Source: Candidatus Saccharimonadales bacterium
GTDB lineage: Bacteria > Patescibacteriota > Saccharimonadia > Saccharimonadales > JANWIN01
DNA: 64,000 nt
Assembly: GCA_038231155.1 (NCBI GenBank)
Contig: JBBRLY010000012.1
Location: 128,645 to 192,644 of the forward strand
Direction of reading: 5' to 3'
The notes under the pieces were generated by a model. It was given only the letters and a program-made list of their open reading frames with translations. It did not search any database and was not told where the DNA came from. Below are positions 55,222 through 64,000 of the stretch, in pieces (the first letter of the stretch is position 1; every line of letters starts with the position of its first letter). Made by a program: the position numbers and the translations under genes.

Positions 55222-57234
55222 GTGAATAATTCCAAAGATAATAAAAATAACCCCGACAAGCCTTCTAGCCAAATTTCTATGGGCAGAGGCGCATCACGGG
55301 GGGCGGCTTTAAGAGCCCAAAAACGTAGTCGTGACGATGCTCACAAACTGCTTGAGCAACATGCTCCAGCTACCGTCAATCAGGGTACTAGACGAGCCAA
55401 TGTCATAACTGACGAACGCGACAAGTTGAAAATCACCTTTTTAGGTGGCCAAGAAGCCATTGGTGAGAAAAATATGCAAGTCATTGAATGGCAGAACGAT
55501 GCCGTAATTATAGATTGCGGCAATAATTTAAGCATAGATTTACCAGGTGTTAACTATACGATTGCCGACACAACCTATTTGCAAAGTATTAAGCATAAAA
55601 TTAAAGGCTATATCATTACCCATGGACATCTTGATCACTTAGGCGGTCTAAAGCATATTGTGCCACACTATCCAGCCCCAATCTATGGTTCTAAGTTTAC
55701 GCTCGGCGTAGTTGAAAAAACTTTTGATGATCTAGCAACTGAAACCGGCAACCGTTTTGATGTAAAACTTGTGCCAATGAACATAGATAACCACGAAAAG
55801 CTAAAAGCAGGAGTCTTTGGCATTGAACTAGTGCGTATCACCCATTCGGTTCCAGAATCGACAAGCGTGGTACTGGATACGCCGGTTGGTAAGATAATAA
55901 ACACTGGTGACTGGCGTTTAGACCCTGAACCACTAGATGAAAAGCCTACCGATGTTGAAAGATTAACCCAACTTGGTAAAGAAGGTGTTTTACTGCTAAT
56001 GAGCGATAGCACCAATACGCCCCTAATTGGCAGGACTCCAACTGAGGATACGCTTCAAGATAGCTTCCATGACATTATTGGTCGAGCTGAAGGTCGGGTC
56101 TTCATTGCTATCTTTTCCAGTAATATGAACCGTGTCCAAATGATCATTAATGCCGCTGTAAAGTCAGGTAGAAGTGTGGCCTTGGACGGCCGTAGCATGA
56201 TGACTTACGCTGAAATTGCTGTCCGACAAGGATTACTTAAAATTCCTAAAGGCCAAATTAGAGCGATGCGTGATATTGCCAATATGCCGGACGATAAAAT
56301 ACTGGTAGTTTGTACCGGTGGACAAGGTGAACCAAACGCTTCGTTGCAACGCATGGCCGAAGGTACCCATAAACACATTAAACTGCATCCTGGTGATACG
56401 GTGGTAGTTAGTTCTACGCCAATCCCTGGTAACGAAATTAGATATGATGAAATCGGCCAAGAGCTAGCTCACTTTGGAGTGCATCTGTTCCGTCACCCAA
56501 CTCACGAAGTTGATGGCGTTGGTCCGTTACACGTATCCGGACATGCCAGGCGTGATGAGTATCGAGAAATGTTACATATAGTTAAACCAAAGTTTTTCTT
56601 ACCTATATATGCTGGATATTTAAATCGTCGTTATTACCAGGACATGGCTATTGAAGAAGGCTGGCCCAGGAAAGACGTAATTATGGCCGATAACGGTGAC
56701 AGTATAACTTTCACCGCCAACACTTGGGAAAAATCCGGAGAAGTGCCGAACGGCAGTCTATTAGTCGATCAAACTGGATCACTAGTCAGTGGTGTGGTAG
56801 TTAAAGATCGCCTAATGTTAGCCGAAGAAGGCCTAGTAGCAGTTATTTTAACCGTCGATAAAAAGACCGGCGCACTACTTACTAGTCCGGACATCATTAG
56901 TCGTGGATTTATCTATATGCGCGATAGCGAAGAACTAATGACCAACTTCCGCGCCGAATTGCGCCGGGCTGTAAGCCAGCGTTTTAAACGGGTAGACCTA
57001 GACCGGTTTAAACAAGAACTTAAAGAACACATTACTCACTTCTTGTTTGAACAAACCGGCCGCAGCCCAATTGTTATACCAGTTGTTAATGTCATTGGTG
57101 GCAAGGGCGGGGAAAAGCCTGTTAATAACAGTGACAGTGTCGAAAAGCCAAAAAACGAAGAAGTCGAAGAGTTACAGAAGCATTTTCAACAAATGCGGGC
57201 TAAGTTACTCAATCAAGACGCCCGTATTGATTAG
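55222..57234 (+). CDS. rnj: Ribonuclease J
   Basis: Metallo-beta-lactamase HGHLDHLGG with beta-CASP layout (TGDWRLD, HVSGHARRDE). A basic N-terminal extension of about 75 aa is present. GTG start behind AAGGAG. Confidence 0.9.
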   Translation: MNNSKDNKNNPDKPSSQISMGRGASRGAALRAQKRSRDDAHKLLEQHAPATVNQGTRRANVITDERDKLKITFLGGQEAIGEKNMQVIEWQNDAVIIDCGNNLSIDLPGVNYTIADTTYLQSIKHKIKGYIITHGHLDHLGGLKHIVPHYPAPIYGSKFTLGVVEKTFDDLATETGNRFDVKLVPMNIDNHEKLKAGVFGIELVRITHSVPESTSVVLDTPVGKIINTGDWRLDPEPLDEKPTDVERLTQLGKEGVLLLMSDSTNTPLIGRTPTEDTLQDSFHDIIGRAEGRVFIAIFSSNMNRVQMIINAAVKSGRSVALDGRSMMTYAEIAVRQGLLKIPKGQIRAMRDIANMPDDKILVVCTGGQGEPNASLQRMAEGTHKHIKLHPGDTVVVSSTPIPGNEIRYDEIGQELAHFGVHLFRHPTHEVDGVGPLHVSGHARRDEYREMLHIVKPKFFLPIYAGYLNRRYYQDMAIEEGWPRKDVIMADNGDSITFTANTWEKSGEVPNGSLLVDQTGSLVSGVVVKDRLMLAEEGLVAVILTVDKKTGALLTSPDIISRGFIYMRDSEELMTNFRAELRRAVSQRFKRVDLDRFKQELKEHITHFLFEQTGRSPIVIPVVNVIGGKGGEKPVNNSDSVEKPKNEEVEELQKHFQQMRAKLLNQDARID

Positions 57235-57302
57235 ATTCCAATACATTTAGTTGCATAATATTAAAGCTTATGCTATACTACATATGTATTTAAAATATCA
57301 AT

Positions 57303-57608
57303 ATGACAGATTTCGATAAATTAGAAAATCGTTTAGAAGCCGATAACAGTCACGAATATCAGGACGGTCAACTACGATTTCATAAGGAACTTTCACCAAG
57401 CGCCATAACTAGTGAAGGGGATGAAATAGCCTCTCAAGAAGCTTTCAACGCCTTTGCAAAACTTCAAACAACTGCCGAGTATTATGAACTGCCAACCAGA
57501 GCTCACGAAATTGCCGCTATAGATGAAACAGTAGCGGGCCTTGGTAGAATTGCCACAGAATCTCAGGGTTCAGCTAAAGTCTTACAGTTCCCATCGGTCA
57601 ATAGCTAA
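57303..57608 (+). CDS. Small acidic hypothetical protein
   Basis: 101 aa with its own -10-like boxes upstream (TATACT, TAAAAT). Confidence 0.4.
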   Translation: MTDFDKLENRLEADNSHEYQDGQLRFHKELSPSAITSEGDEIASQEAFNAFAKLQTTAEYYELPTRAHEIAAIDETVAGLGRIATESQGSAKVLQFPSVNS

Positions 57609-57633
57609 ATAATATGATATAATAACATCTTAA

Positions 57634-57879
57634 ATGACTAACAATATACCATTTCCAGACGCCTATAAAGAACTACAAAAAGTCGGTCACCAAGACCAGT
57701 TTGTAAGAGCATTGTATGATGGCCGTGATCTAGAAACAACCGAATCGGAAACTGCTTTTGAAGACCTTGACGCCAAGAAAACTGTTGCTGATGCCGAAAC
57801 GATTACTCGTATGGCCGCCGATGCTCACGCCGCAGGCAAATTGGTTATTCATAACGACCACAGAAATAAAAGTGGCTAG
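57634..57879 (+). CDS. Small acidic hypothetical protein
   Basis: 81 aa. TGaTATAAT (57615-57623) lies 10 nt upstream of the ATG. Confidence 0.4.
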   Translation: MTNNIPFPDAYKELQKVGHQDQFVRALYDGRDLETTESETAFEDLDAKKTVADAETITRMAADAHAAGKLVIHNDHRNKSG

Positions 57880-57898
57880 AATCCTCTAAAACAGCAAA

Positions 57899-57927
57899 TT
57901 GACAAACGTTGTATTTATTGCTATAAT
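57899..57927 (+). promoter_or_regulatory. Consensus promoter TTGACA-17-TGcTATAAT
   Basis: TTGACA at 57899-57904 and TATAAT at 57922-57927 with TG at 57919-57920. The ATG at 57938 is 10 nt downstream. Confidence 0.55.
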
Positions 57928-57937
57928 ATAGTTCGTT

Positions 57938-58267
57938 ATGATTAACGAGGGTATCCCCACACCAGCTGATAACTTTGAAGACGAATTGCAAGCCGCTCGA
58001 AACGAAGCATTAGCTGCAACTAGTAGTCCAGTTAAAGAATTACTTTATGAATACGCAACCGATGAAGCCGAATATGAATTCCTAGCATTGGAATCAGAAG
58101 ATGATTTAGTTTTAGCAGGGCTTATAGGGCAGCGCAATAAGTTGGAAAGATTATCAAACCATGATGGTTTCGATAAGTCTATGATGGAAAGAGCCCTAAA
58201 AAGGCAAAAGCACTTAGTAGAAGCTCGTAAAAAAGAACTACAGGCTGAAAATAACCATAGGCCGTAG
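57938..58267 (+). CDS. Small acidic/helical hypothetical protein
   Basis: 109-aa ORF behind a consensus promoter. Confidence 0.45.
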   Translation: MINEGIPTPADNFEDELQAARNEALAATSSPVKELLYEYATDEAEYEFLALESEDDLVLAGLIGQRNKLERLSNHDGFDKSMMERALKRQKHLVEARKKELQAENNHRP

Positions 58268-58295
58268 TTGTAAAAAAGGGTATAATTTAACACCG

Positions 58296-60476
58296 ATGGC
58301 AAAGAAGAAAAAACAAACACGAAAAAAAGCCTTACAGCCAGAAACCGAGCAGTCTAGCTTTTGGCCTCTAGCTGGTGCCATTTTATTAATGATCGCAGCG
58401 CTGTTTATCTTATTAGGTGGATTTGGTACCGGTGGGCGATTACCTAAAGGACTATTTAGTGGTACTTATTGGGCGGTTGGTTGGGCAGCATTTGTGGTGC
58501 CAATTGTCCTTATATTCTTTGGTATAACCAAGTTTGCCAGTGAAAATAAGCGCGTACCGCTCGGTAAATTTATTAGTATGATAGCCGGCCTAGCTTTTAC
58601 TGCTAGTTGGTTTTACGTAGTCTTTGCTACTAAAGATAGTATTGGCAGTTATAGTGGTGGCCATGGTGGTGAAGTTGGAAAACTACTCGGCGGAACGGTA
58701 CTTAATGCCATCGATAAATGGCCAGCTGGAGTGATGTTCTTGGTATTTAGTATTATCGCCTTTTTCTTTGCCTTTGGCATCTCGCTTCAAGAGTTAGTTA
58801 AACTTAGTCATTTATTTAGACGAAAAGAAGAAGATACCGATCTTGCGGCCCTAAAGCAAAAAGCCACTGAAGGATTTAAATTAAATGAAGGCGTACCAGT
58901 GGAACATACCGGAGCCAGGGCCGTATTTAAAAGTAGCGCCCCTAAAGTAAGTTCAGAAAACCAAGTTGCTTTAACGGTTGCCAGTGATCCAGATTGGAAA
59001 TTCCCATCAGTTGATTTACTGAATCAAAAGCAAGATAAAGCCAATGCCGGAGATGTTAATGGCAACGCCAAAACCATTAAAGAAACTTTTGATAACTTCA
59101 ATATAAATGTCGAGATGGAAGGCGCTAATATTGGTCCGCGGGTTACCCAGTATACAATGCGTCCCCCAGCCGGAGTTAAGCTTACTAAAATTGCCGCCCT
59201 TGAAAATAACCTAGCTCTCGATTTAGCCGCCCAATCAATTCGCATCGAAGCACCAATACCTGGCAAGAAAGCCGTAGGTATAGAGGTTCCAAACGTTAAA
59301 CCAGCTACCGTTCGATTATCCAGCGTCTTTACTAGCCCGGCCTGGGATGAATTTAAAAATCCTTTGAGTTTAGCGATTGGTAAAGATATAGCTGGCAATG
59401 CTGTGGTTGGCTCACTTGAGCGAATGCCACACCTTTTAATTGCTGGTCAAACTAACTCCGGTAAGTCAATTATGATTAATTCATTACTAACAAGCTTGCT
59501 GTATCGCAATAGTCCCAGCGACCTAAAGCTAATTTTAGTTGACCCCAAACACGTGGAACTGTCACTTTATAACGACATCCCGCATTTGCTAACCAGCGTT
59601 ATAACTGAACCTGAAAAATGTATTAGTGCCCTTAAATGGGCGGTAGCCGAAATGGAAAGACGCTACCGTACTTTAGCGGAAGCTAAAACTCGTAACATCG
59701 TTGAATATAACCAACATAAGCAAGACGAGGGCATGCCTTATATAGTAATTGTGATTGACGAATTAGCTGATCTAATGATGATGGCGGCCCGCGATGTTGA
59801 AGCCTTGGTGGTTCGGGTAGCCCAAAAAGCTCGAGCTGTAGGTATCCATTTGGTAATTGCCACCCAGCGCCCCAGTGTCGATGTTATTACCGGTTTAATT
59901 AAAGCTAATATTCCAGCCCGGATTGCCTTTACTACGACTAGCCAGGTGGATTCTAGAACAATTATTGATCAAATTGGCGCTGAAAAACTTTTGGGAGCCG
60001 GTGATATGCTATATTCGACATCTGAAATGCCTAAGCCGAAACGTATCCAAGGCGCATTAATTGAAAGTGGCGAAGTCCAGGCCGTAACTGATTTTCTACG
60101 CTCTCAGCGACCACCGCAATATGACAGTGAAATCATTAGTCAACCAGTCCAATTGCACGGCCGAGGTGCTTCGATGTCCGACCTAGACACCGCTGATGAA
60201 CCAGTCTTCAAAGATGCTGTTGGTGTTGTAGTGGAAGCCCATAAAGCCAGCACCAGCTTGCTACAAAGACGACTGAGAATTGGTTATGGCAAAGCTGCTA
60301 GGTTAATAGAAAGTATGGAAGAACAGGGAATAATTGGACCACCGGATGGTTCTCGGCCACGTGAAGTCTTAGTTAGTAGCGTTGAGGAAGTGTTTAATGT
60401 GTCTGGCTCACAAGCATTAGCCCCTCAAGAAGTGTATGATGAAATACCAGATGAAGATGAAAACCAAAAGAGCTAA
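58296..60476 (+). CDS. ftsK: DNA translocase FtsK/SpoIIIE
   Basis: N-terminal TM segments, motor domain with Walker A (LLIAGQTNSGKS) and Walker B (YIVIVIDELADLMM), and a C-terminal gamma winged helix (STSLLQRRLRIGYGKAARLIESMEEQGIIGP). Confidence 0.95.
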   Translation: MAKKKKQTRKKALQPETEQSSFWPLAGAILLMIAALFILLGGFGTGGRLPKGLFSGTYWAVGWAAFVVPIVLIFFGITKFASENKRVPLGKFISMIAGLAFTASWFYVVFATKDSIGSYSGGHGGEVGKLLGGTVLNAIDKWPAGVMFLVFSIIAFFFAFGISLQELVKLSHLFRRKEEDTDLAALKQKATEGFKLNEGVPVEHTGARAVFKSSAPKVSSENQVALTVASDPDWKFPSVDLLNQKQDKANAGDVNGNAKTIKETFDNFNINVEMEGANIGPRVTQYTMRPPAGVKLTKIAALENNLALDLAAQSIRIEAPIPGKKAVGIEVPNVKPATVRLSSVFTSPAWDEFKNPLSLAIGKDIAGNAVVGSLERMPHLLIAGQTNSGKSIMINSLLTSLLYRNSPSDLKLILVDPKHVELSLYNDIPHLLTSVITEPEKCISALKWAVAEMERRYRTLAEAKTRNIVEYNQHKQDEGMPYIVIVIDELADLMMMAARDVEALVVRVAQKARAVGIHLVIATQRPSVDVITGLIKANIPARIAFTTTSQVDSRTIIDQIGAEKLLGAGDMLYSTSEMPKPKRIQGALIESGEVQAVTDFLRSQRPPQYDSEIISQPVQLHGRGASMSDLDTADEPVFKDAVGVVVEAHKASTSLLQRRLRIGYGKAARLIESMEEQGIIGPPDGSRPREVLVSSVEEVFNVSGSQALAPQEVYDEIPDEDENQKS

Positions 60477-61923
60477 TGACAAAAATTATAATTCCCAAAA
60501 ATTAGGGGCAGGCAGCTTCAGATATTGGCGGATTAGTCTTTTCACAGGTCTAATTGCAATAGTTGCTGGTTTATCTCAGTTATATACTTCCAGTGCTGCT
60601 ACTGGCAATCATGCCCAGTGTATTTATATAAATCCTAGTGAAACTTCAGTTCAACCAGGTCAAACTTTTTACGGCTGGGTTACCATGAAAAATGACGGCA
60701 CATCTACGTGGTCTGGCAATTACGGTGTTTTCCTGACCGATCCCTATAACACCTGGAATTTTGAAGGATATGGTTTATCCGGCAATGTTCCGCCAGGCTC
60801 CTCAAATACATTTTTATTAACCCTGCATGCGCCTAGCAAACCGGGAGTATATCCCTTCGGAGCCGCAATGACGGTGGTTTATCATACACCGTTTCCTAAT
60901 TATTGCCCACCTAAAAATATAACTGTTATAGCTCCACCTCCACCACAGCCAACGCCACAGCCAACGCCACAGCCAACGCCAAACCCGACACCTAAGCCCA
61001 AATCATCAGGTGGTGGCACGACTCCTAGATCTAGTCCCACTGCTAGTAACAATTCTAGTAATAGCCAGACACCAGATACTACGGCTCCAACTCCGCCAAC
61101 TGGGTTAATAGCTAATTTCGATAACCAAAAGCAAGTGGTTACCCTCAATTGGCAAGCCGCCACAGATAATCTGGCAGTCCAAACTTATCAGATTGAAAGA
61201 TCATTGGATCAACAAAATTGGGCTATTTTAAATTCTAATGATACTAATACAACTTATGACGATTCTTCGATTCAGTTTGGCACTCACTACTATTATCGAG
61301 TGTCAGCGATTGATTCATCTGGAAACTTCTCAGATTACGCGACAGCTGATGTAACTACCAGCAGCTTTCAACCTAACCTCAATCCAGATAGCGATACATT
61401 TGTAACATCTGACGATAAGATCGCCACTGTAACTATTCCGGCTGGCGCTGTATCAACTGCAGCATACTGTACATTATCTACCTCAACCGACACTTTGCCG
61501 CCTAACTTTTCTGGCTATAAGTTCATAAGTGGTCCTTATAGGCTGGTCTGCCGCAGCGCTAGCAGCACTACCATTAATAGTTTCAACAAACCTTTAGAAC
61601 TTTCGTCTCACCTTAGTAAATCAGTCGTAAAAGGTATATCAACCGTCGTTTACTTTGGTCAAAAGGATGATAATTCCTGGCAAAACTTAGTAGTATCGTC
61701 CCATAATAAAAAGCAACTTGTCGATAAAGTTAAACTCGGTAATTTCCGAACCTTTGTAGTTATGGGCAAACAAAAGAAATCTGCTTTCTGGGTAACTATA
61801 ATTAAGATATTCCTAATAATCGCTATTTTGCTATTTCTGTCTCGTTTAATCGCTAGACAGATTTTAAAAAGACGGGTAAAAAATCAAAATGAGGACTATC
61901 ACCGCAAAGCCGAAGGGCTTTAG
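60436..61923 (+). CDS. Surface protein paralog A: NBR1/CARDB-like Ig domain + PT linker + FN3 + conserved C-terminal domain + C-terminal TM anchor
   Basis: N-terminal anchor (ISLFTGLIAIVAGL). QPGQTFYGWVTMKNDGTSTWSGNYGVFL (Ig-like). PPPPQPTPQPTPQPTPNPTP linker. FN3 (LNWQAATDNLAVQTYQIERS...YYYRVSAIDSSGN). C-terminal TM plus basic tail. The exact start is uncertain because it overlaps the ftsK end. Confidence 0.7.
   Translation: MMKYQMKMKTKRANDKNYNSQKLGAGSFRYWRISLFTGLIAIVAGLSQLYTSSAATGNHAQCIYINPSETSVQPGQTFYGWVTMKNDGTSTWSGNYGVFLTDPYNTWNFEGYGLSGNVPPGSSNTFLLTLHAPSKPGVYPFGAAMTVVYHTPFPNYCPPKNITVIAPPPPQPTPQPTPQPTPNPTPKPKSSGGGTTPRSSPTASNNSSNSQTPDTTAPTPPTGLIANFDNQKQVVTLNWQAATDNLAVQTYQIERSLDQQNWAILNSNDTNTTYDDSSIQFGTHYYYRVSAIDSSGNFSDYATADVTTSSFQPNLNPDSDTFVTSDDKIATVTIPAGAVSTAAYCTLSTSTDTLPPNFSGYKFISGPYRLVCRSASSTTINSFNKPLELSSHLSKSVVKGISTVVYFGQKDDNSWQNLVVSSHNKKQLVDKVKLGNFRTFVVMGKQKKSAFWVTIIKIFLIIAILLFLSRLIARQILKRRVKNQNEDYHRKAEGL
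60943..60978 (+). repeat. Perfect 12-bp tandem repeat x3 (CCACAGCCAACG) encoding PQPT units
   Basis: 60943-60954, 60955-60966 and 60967-60978 are identical. A degenerate fourth unit follows. Confidence 0.9.
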
Positions 61924-61934
61924 GGTTAAATATA

Positions 61935-63410
61935 ATGAAATCCCCGACTATTCCCAAGAAGCCTAAAGCCAAAGCTAAACAATTGCAGCAAAATACTTCA
62001 AATTATGGATTGTTGGCAAAAGGCAGAATTTTGATCTTTTCAATACTAATAACCATGACTGGCGGTGTTATTTTTTTATATTCATCATCAGCATCAACAT
62101 TATCGGTCACCGGTCGAGTATATGATGTCCGAACTAACCTAGGTATTGCCGGTGTAATTATTTTTGGCTGCAACAATAACGGTTCTACCCATACCAACAC
62201 CAATGGCTATTGGCAATTTCCAATCAGTTCAGGTCAAGGTTATTGTGCCCGAGTGGAGTCCGGTATACCAAGTGGCTGGACCGGGCCCTCCAATAATAAC
62301 CAGCCCGAGCACGCTAGCTCAGCAACCTATGAAGGTCAAATAGCCGGCGAAAACTGTTACCACAACCCCTCCTGCAACGGAATAATACAAACCTGGGACC
62401 GACCAGTTGATAGTAATGTAGATTTTCGATATTCGTCTCCGGCTCCTCCTCCACAACCAACCCCGACCCCGACCCCAACACCTAACCCCACGCCAAGTAT
62501 AAATCATGGCTCCTCACCTAGAACTAGCCACACTAACAACTCAAGTGCTCCATCAACACCTGATACCACACCACCTGCAGCGCCTACCGGGTTAATAGCT
62601 AATGTCGATAATGAAAAACAAGTTGTTTCATTAATCTGGCAGGCAGCTTCTGACAATGTAGCCGTGCAGACTTATCAAATAGAAAGATCCCTAGATCAAC
62701 AAAACTGGTCTATTTTGACTTCAAATAATACCAACACTAACTATGATGACTCATCTATTCAATTTGGAACGCACTATTTTTATAGAGTAGCTGCGCTTGA
62801 TACATCGGGGAACATCTCCGGTTATGCCTCGGCTGATGTTACAACTGGCAGTTTTCAGCCTAACCTAAATCCGGATTTCGATACTAACCTATCGTCAAGT
62901 GACAAGATCGCTAAAGTTACTATTCCAGGTGGCGCTGTATCTACAGCTGCTTACTGCACTTTATCTGTTTCACTCGACAGCTTGCCACCTAACTTTTCTG
63001 GCTATAAGTTCATAAGCGGTCCATACAACTTGGAATGTCGTGACTTAAACAGTACAGTTATCACCAATTTCAATAAACCTCTAAAACTTACGGTTCATTT
63101 AAGTAAATCGGCCGTAAAGGGTGTATCAACAGTGACTTACTTTGGTCACAATGATAATAATAGCTGGCAAATTCTAGTCGTAACTTCTCATGATAAAAAA
63201 CAATTTATAGACATCGTTAAATTAAATAATTTCCGAACTTTTGTGGTAATGGGCAAACAAAAGAAATCTTCTTTCTGGGTAACTATATTTAAGATATTCG
63301 TGATAATCGCTATCTTGCTAGCCTTAACCCGGTTCATCGCCAGACAGATTTTAAAAAGACGCGTCCAAAATCAAAATGAGGACTATCATCGCAAAGCCGA
63401 AGGGCTTTAA
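61935..63410 (+). CDS. Surface protein paralog B: carboxypeptidase-regulatory-like domain + PT linker + FN3 + conserved C-terminal domain + TM anchor
   Basis: SVTGRVYDVRTNLGIAGVIIFG...TNGYWQF (CarboxypepD_reg-like). From DTTPP (nt 62562) to the end it is collinear with paralog A from nt 61075, about four-fifths identical by eye. Confidence 0.7.
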   Translation: MKSPTIPKKPKAKAKQLQQNTSNYGLLAKGRILIFSILITMTGGVIFLYSSSASTLSVTGRVYDVRTNLGIAGVIIFGCNNNGSTHTNTNGYWQFPISSGQGYCARVESGIPSGWTGPSNNNQPEHASSATYEGQIAGENCYHNPSCNGIIQTWDRPVDSNVDFRYSSPAPPPQPTPTPTPTPNPTPSINHGSSPRTSHTNNSSAPSTPDTTPPAAPTGLIANVDNEKQVVSLIWQAASDNVAVQTYQIERSLDQQNWSILTSNNTNTNYDDSSIQFGTHYFYRVAALDTSGNISGYASADVTTGSFQPNLNPDFDTNLSSSDKIAKVTIPGGAVSTAAYCTLSVSLDSLPPNFSGYKFISGPYNLECRDLNSTVITNFNKPLKLTVHLSKSAVKGVSTVTYFGHNDNNSWQILVVTSHDKKQFIDIVKLNNFRTFVVMGKQKKSSFWVTIFKIFVIIAILLALTRFIARQILKRRVQNQNEDYHRKAEGL

Positions 63411-63436
63411 GCTTAAAGCAGTACCGATGGCTAGCT

Positions 63437-63465
63437 TTGACTAAACTAGCTAAATAGCTTATAAT
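63437..63465 (+). promoter_or_regulatory. Consensus promoter TTGACT-17-TATAAT for rpsF
   Basis: TTGACT at 63437-63442 and TATAAT at 63460-63465. A leader of about 65 nt ends in a GAAGGAG Shine-Dalgarno sequence. Confidence 0.55.
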
Positions 63466-63536
63466 CTATCTGTTAAAACTTATTCAGGTTGCTGCAACTA
63501 CAGCTAGTAGCCCAGATGTCCAAGAGAAGGAGTTAA

Positions 63537-63941
63537 ATGGAACAATACGAAGTTGCTATATTATTTGACCCAGGTCTAGAAATTGATCTGGATAAAACTA
63601 CAGTCAAGATTGAAAAGATTTTTAAAGATAACGGCGGTAAACTTTTAAACGAAGATAATTGGGGCAAGCGTAAACTGGCTTATCCAATTAACAAACAAGA
63701 CCACGCCCTATACGTTTTCTATAATCTGCAATTACCATGTGAAGCTGTGCAGAAAATAGAAGCTGCCTTAAATATTACAGATGAGGTTATTAGATTTCTA
63801 ATAACCAAACCAGATCTTAAGGCCATGGCCAAAGCTGAAGCAGCCAGGGCCGATAAAGCCAAGAAGGCAGCTGAACGAGGTGAATCGGCTGCTAACGAAG
63901 CTTCCGAAGACAGTGCTAAATCAGTAGAGGAAGAAGAGTAA
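63537..63941 (+). CDS. rpsF: Ribosomal protein S6 with acidic C-terminal tail
   Basis: YEVAILFDPGLE...WGKRKLAYPINKQDHALYVFYNL is the S6 core. A Glu/Ala-rich tail follows. Confidence 0.9.
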   Translation: MEQYEVAILFDPGLEIDLDKTTVKIEKIFKDNGGKLLNEDNWGKRKLAYPINKQDHALYVFYNLQLPCEAVQKIEAALNITDEVIRFLITKPDLKAMAKAEAARADKAKKAAERGESAANEASEDSAKSVEEEE

Positions 63942-64000
63942 TGCTAAGGCTTGACTTCATTACTGCCCAACTGTACCGTAAAAATATTAATAACTCTAAG

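Noticed and set aside
63940-64000. Possible start of another gene (ATG overlapping the rpsF stop)
   Set aside because: Only ~20 codons are visible (MLRLDFITAQLYRKNINNSK). They do not resemble the Ssb N terminus expected after rpsF, and the evidence is insufficient.

Overview
AT-rich (about 40% GC by eye) window from a small-genome bacterium. The gene content suggests a Patescibacteria/CPR organism, possibly Saccharibacteria-like; this is inference, with no rRNA or tRNA here to confirm it. I saw no CRISPR array, transposase or integrase. Housekeeping backbone: dnaG-rpoD, polA, def, pcm, mutM, holA, rpsT, truB, rpsO-pnp, family-4 UDG, RNase J, ftsK and rpsF. Accessory content: (1) two tandem RHH/RelE toxin-antitoxin cassettes, each followed by the same 28-bp motif, plus a VapBC pair next to polA. 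(2) Three sigma-70-type genes within 6 kb; two are diverged tandem paralogs with an unrecognised ~185-aa N-terminal domain, and a relic of the downstream flippase 5' end marks a ~1.8 kb segmental duplication. (3) A ~13 kb surface-glycan cluster: Wzx-like flippase, GtrB/CsbB-like GT2, two GT4s, a GT2/HprK-like P-loop/SAM-methyltransferase tri-domain fusion, a 1066-aa AftD-like GT-C protein and a second polytopic membrane protein. A tiny secreted Asn/Ser/Thr-rich protein follows. (4) An accessory block at about 26.3-36.1 kb with a replication-relaxation family protein and orphan genes. It also holds the most unusual gene in the window: a 1524-aa protein with seven tandem ~70-aa HTH-like modules, an SNF2 ATPase core and a C-terminal non-DNA-type class I SAM methyltransferase. 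(5) A displaced, frameshifted second copy of the truB 3' end behind a 51-codon ORF. (6) Two tandem FN3 surface-protein paralogs with swapped N-terminal domains. Many genes have a -10 box only 6-10 nt upstream of the start codon, implying leaderless mRNAs. All functional calls rest on motif recognition by eye from the translated ORFs; no database search was possible.
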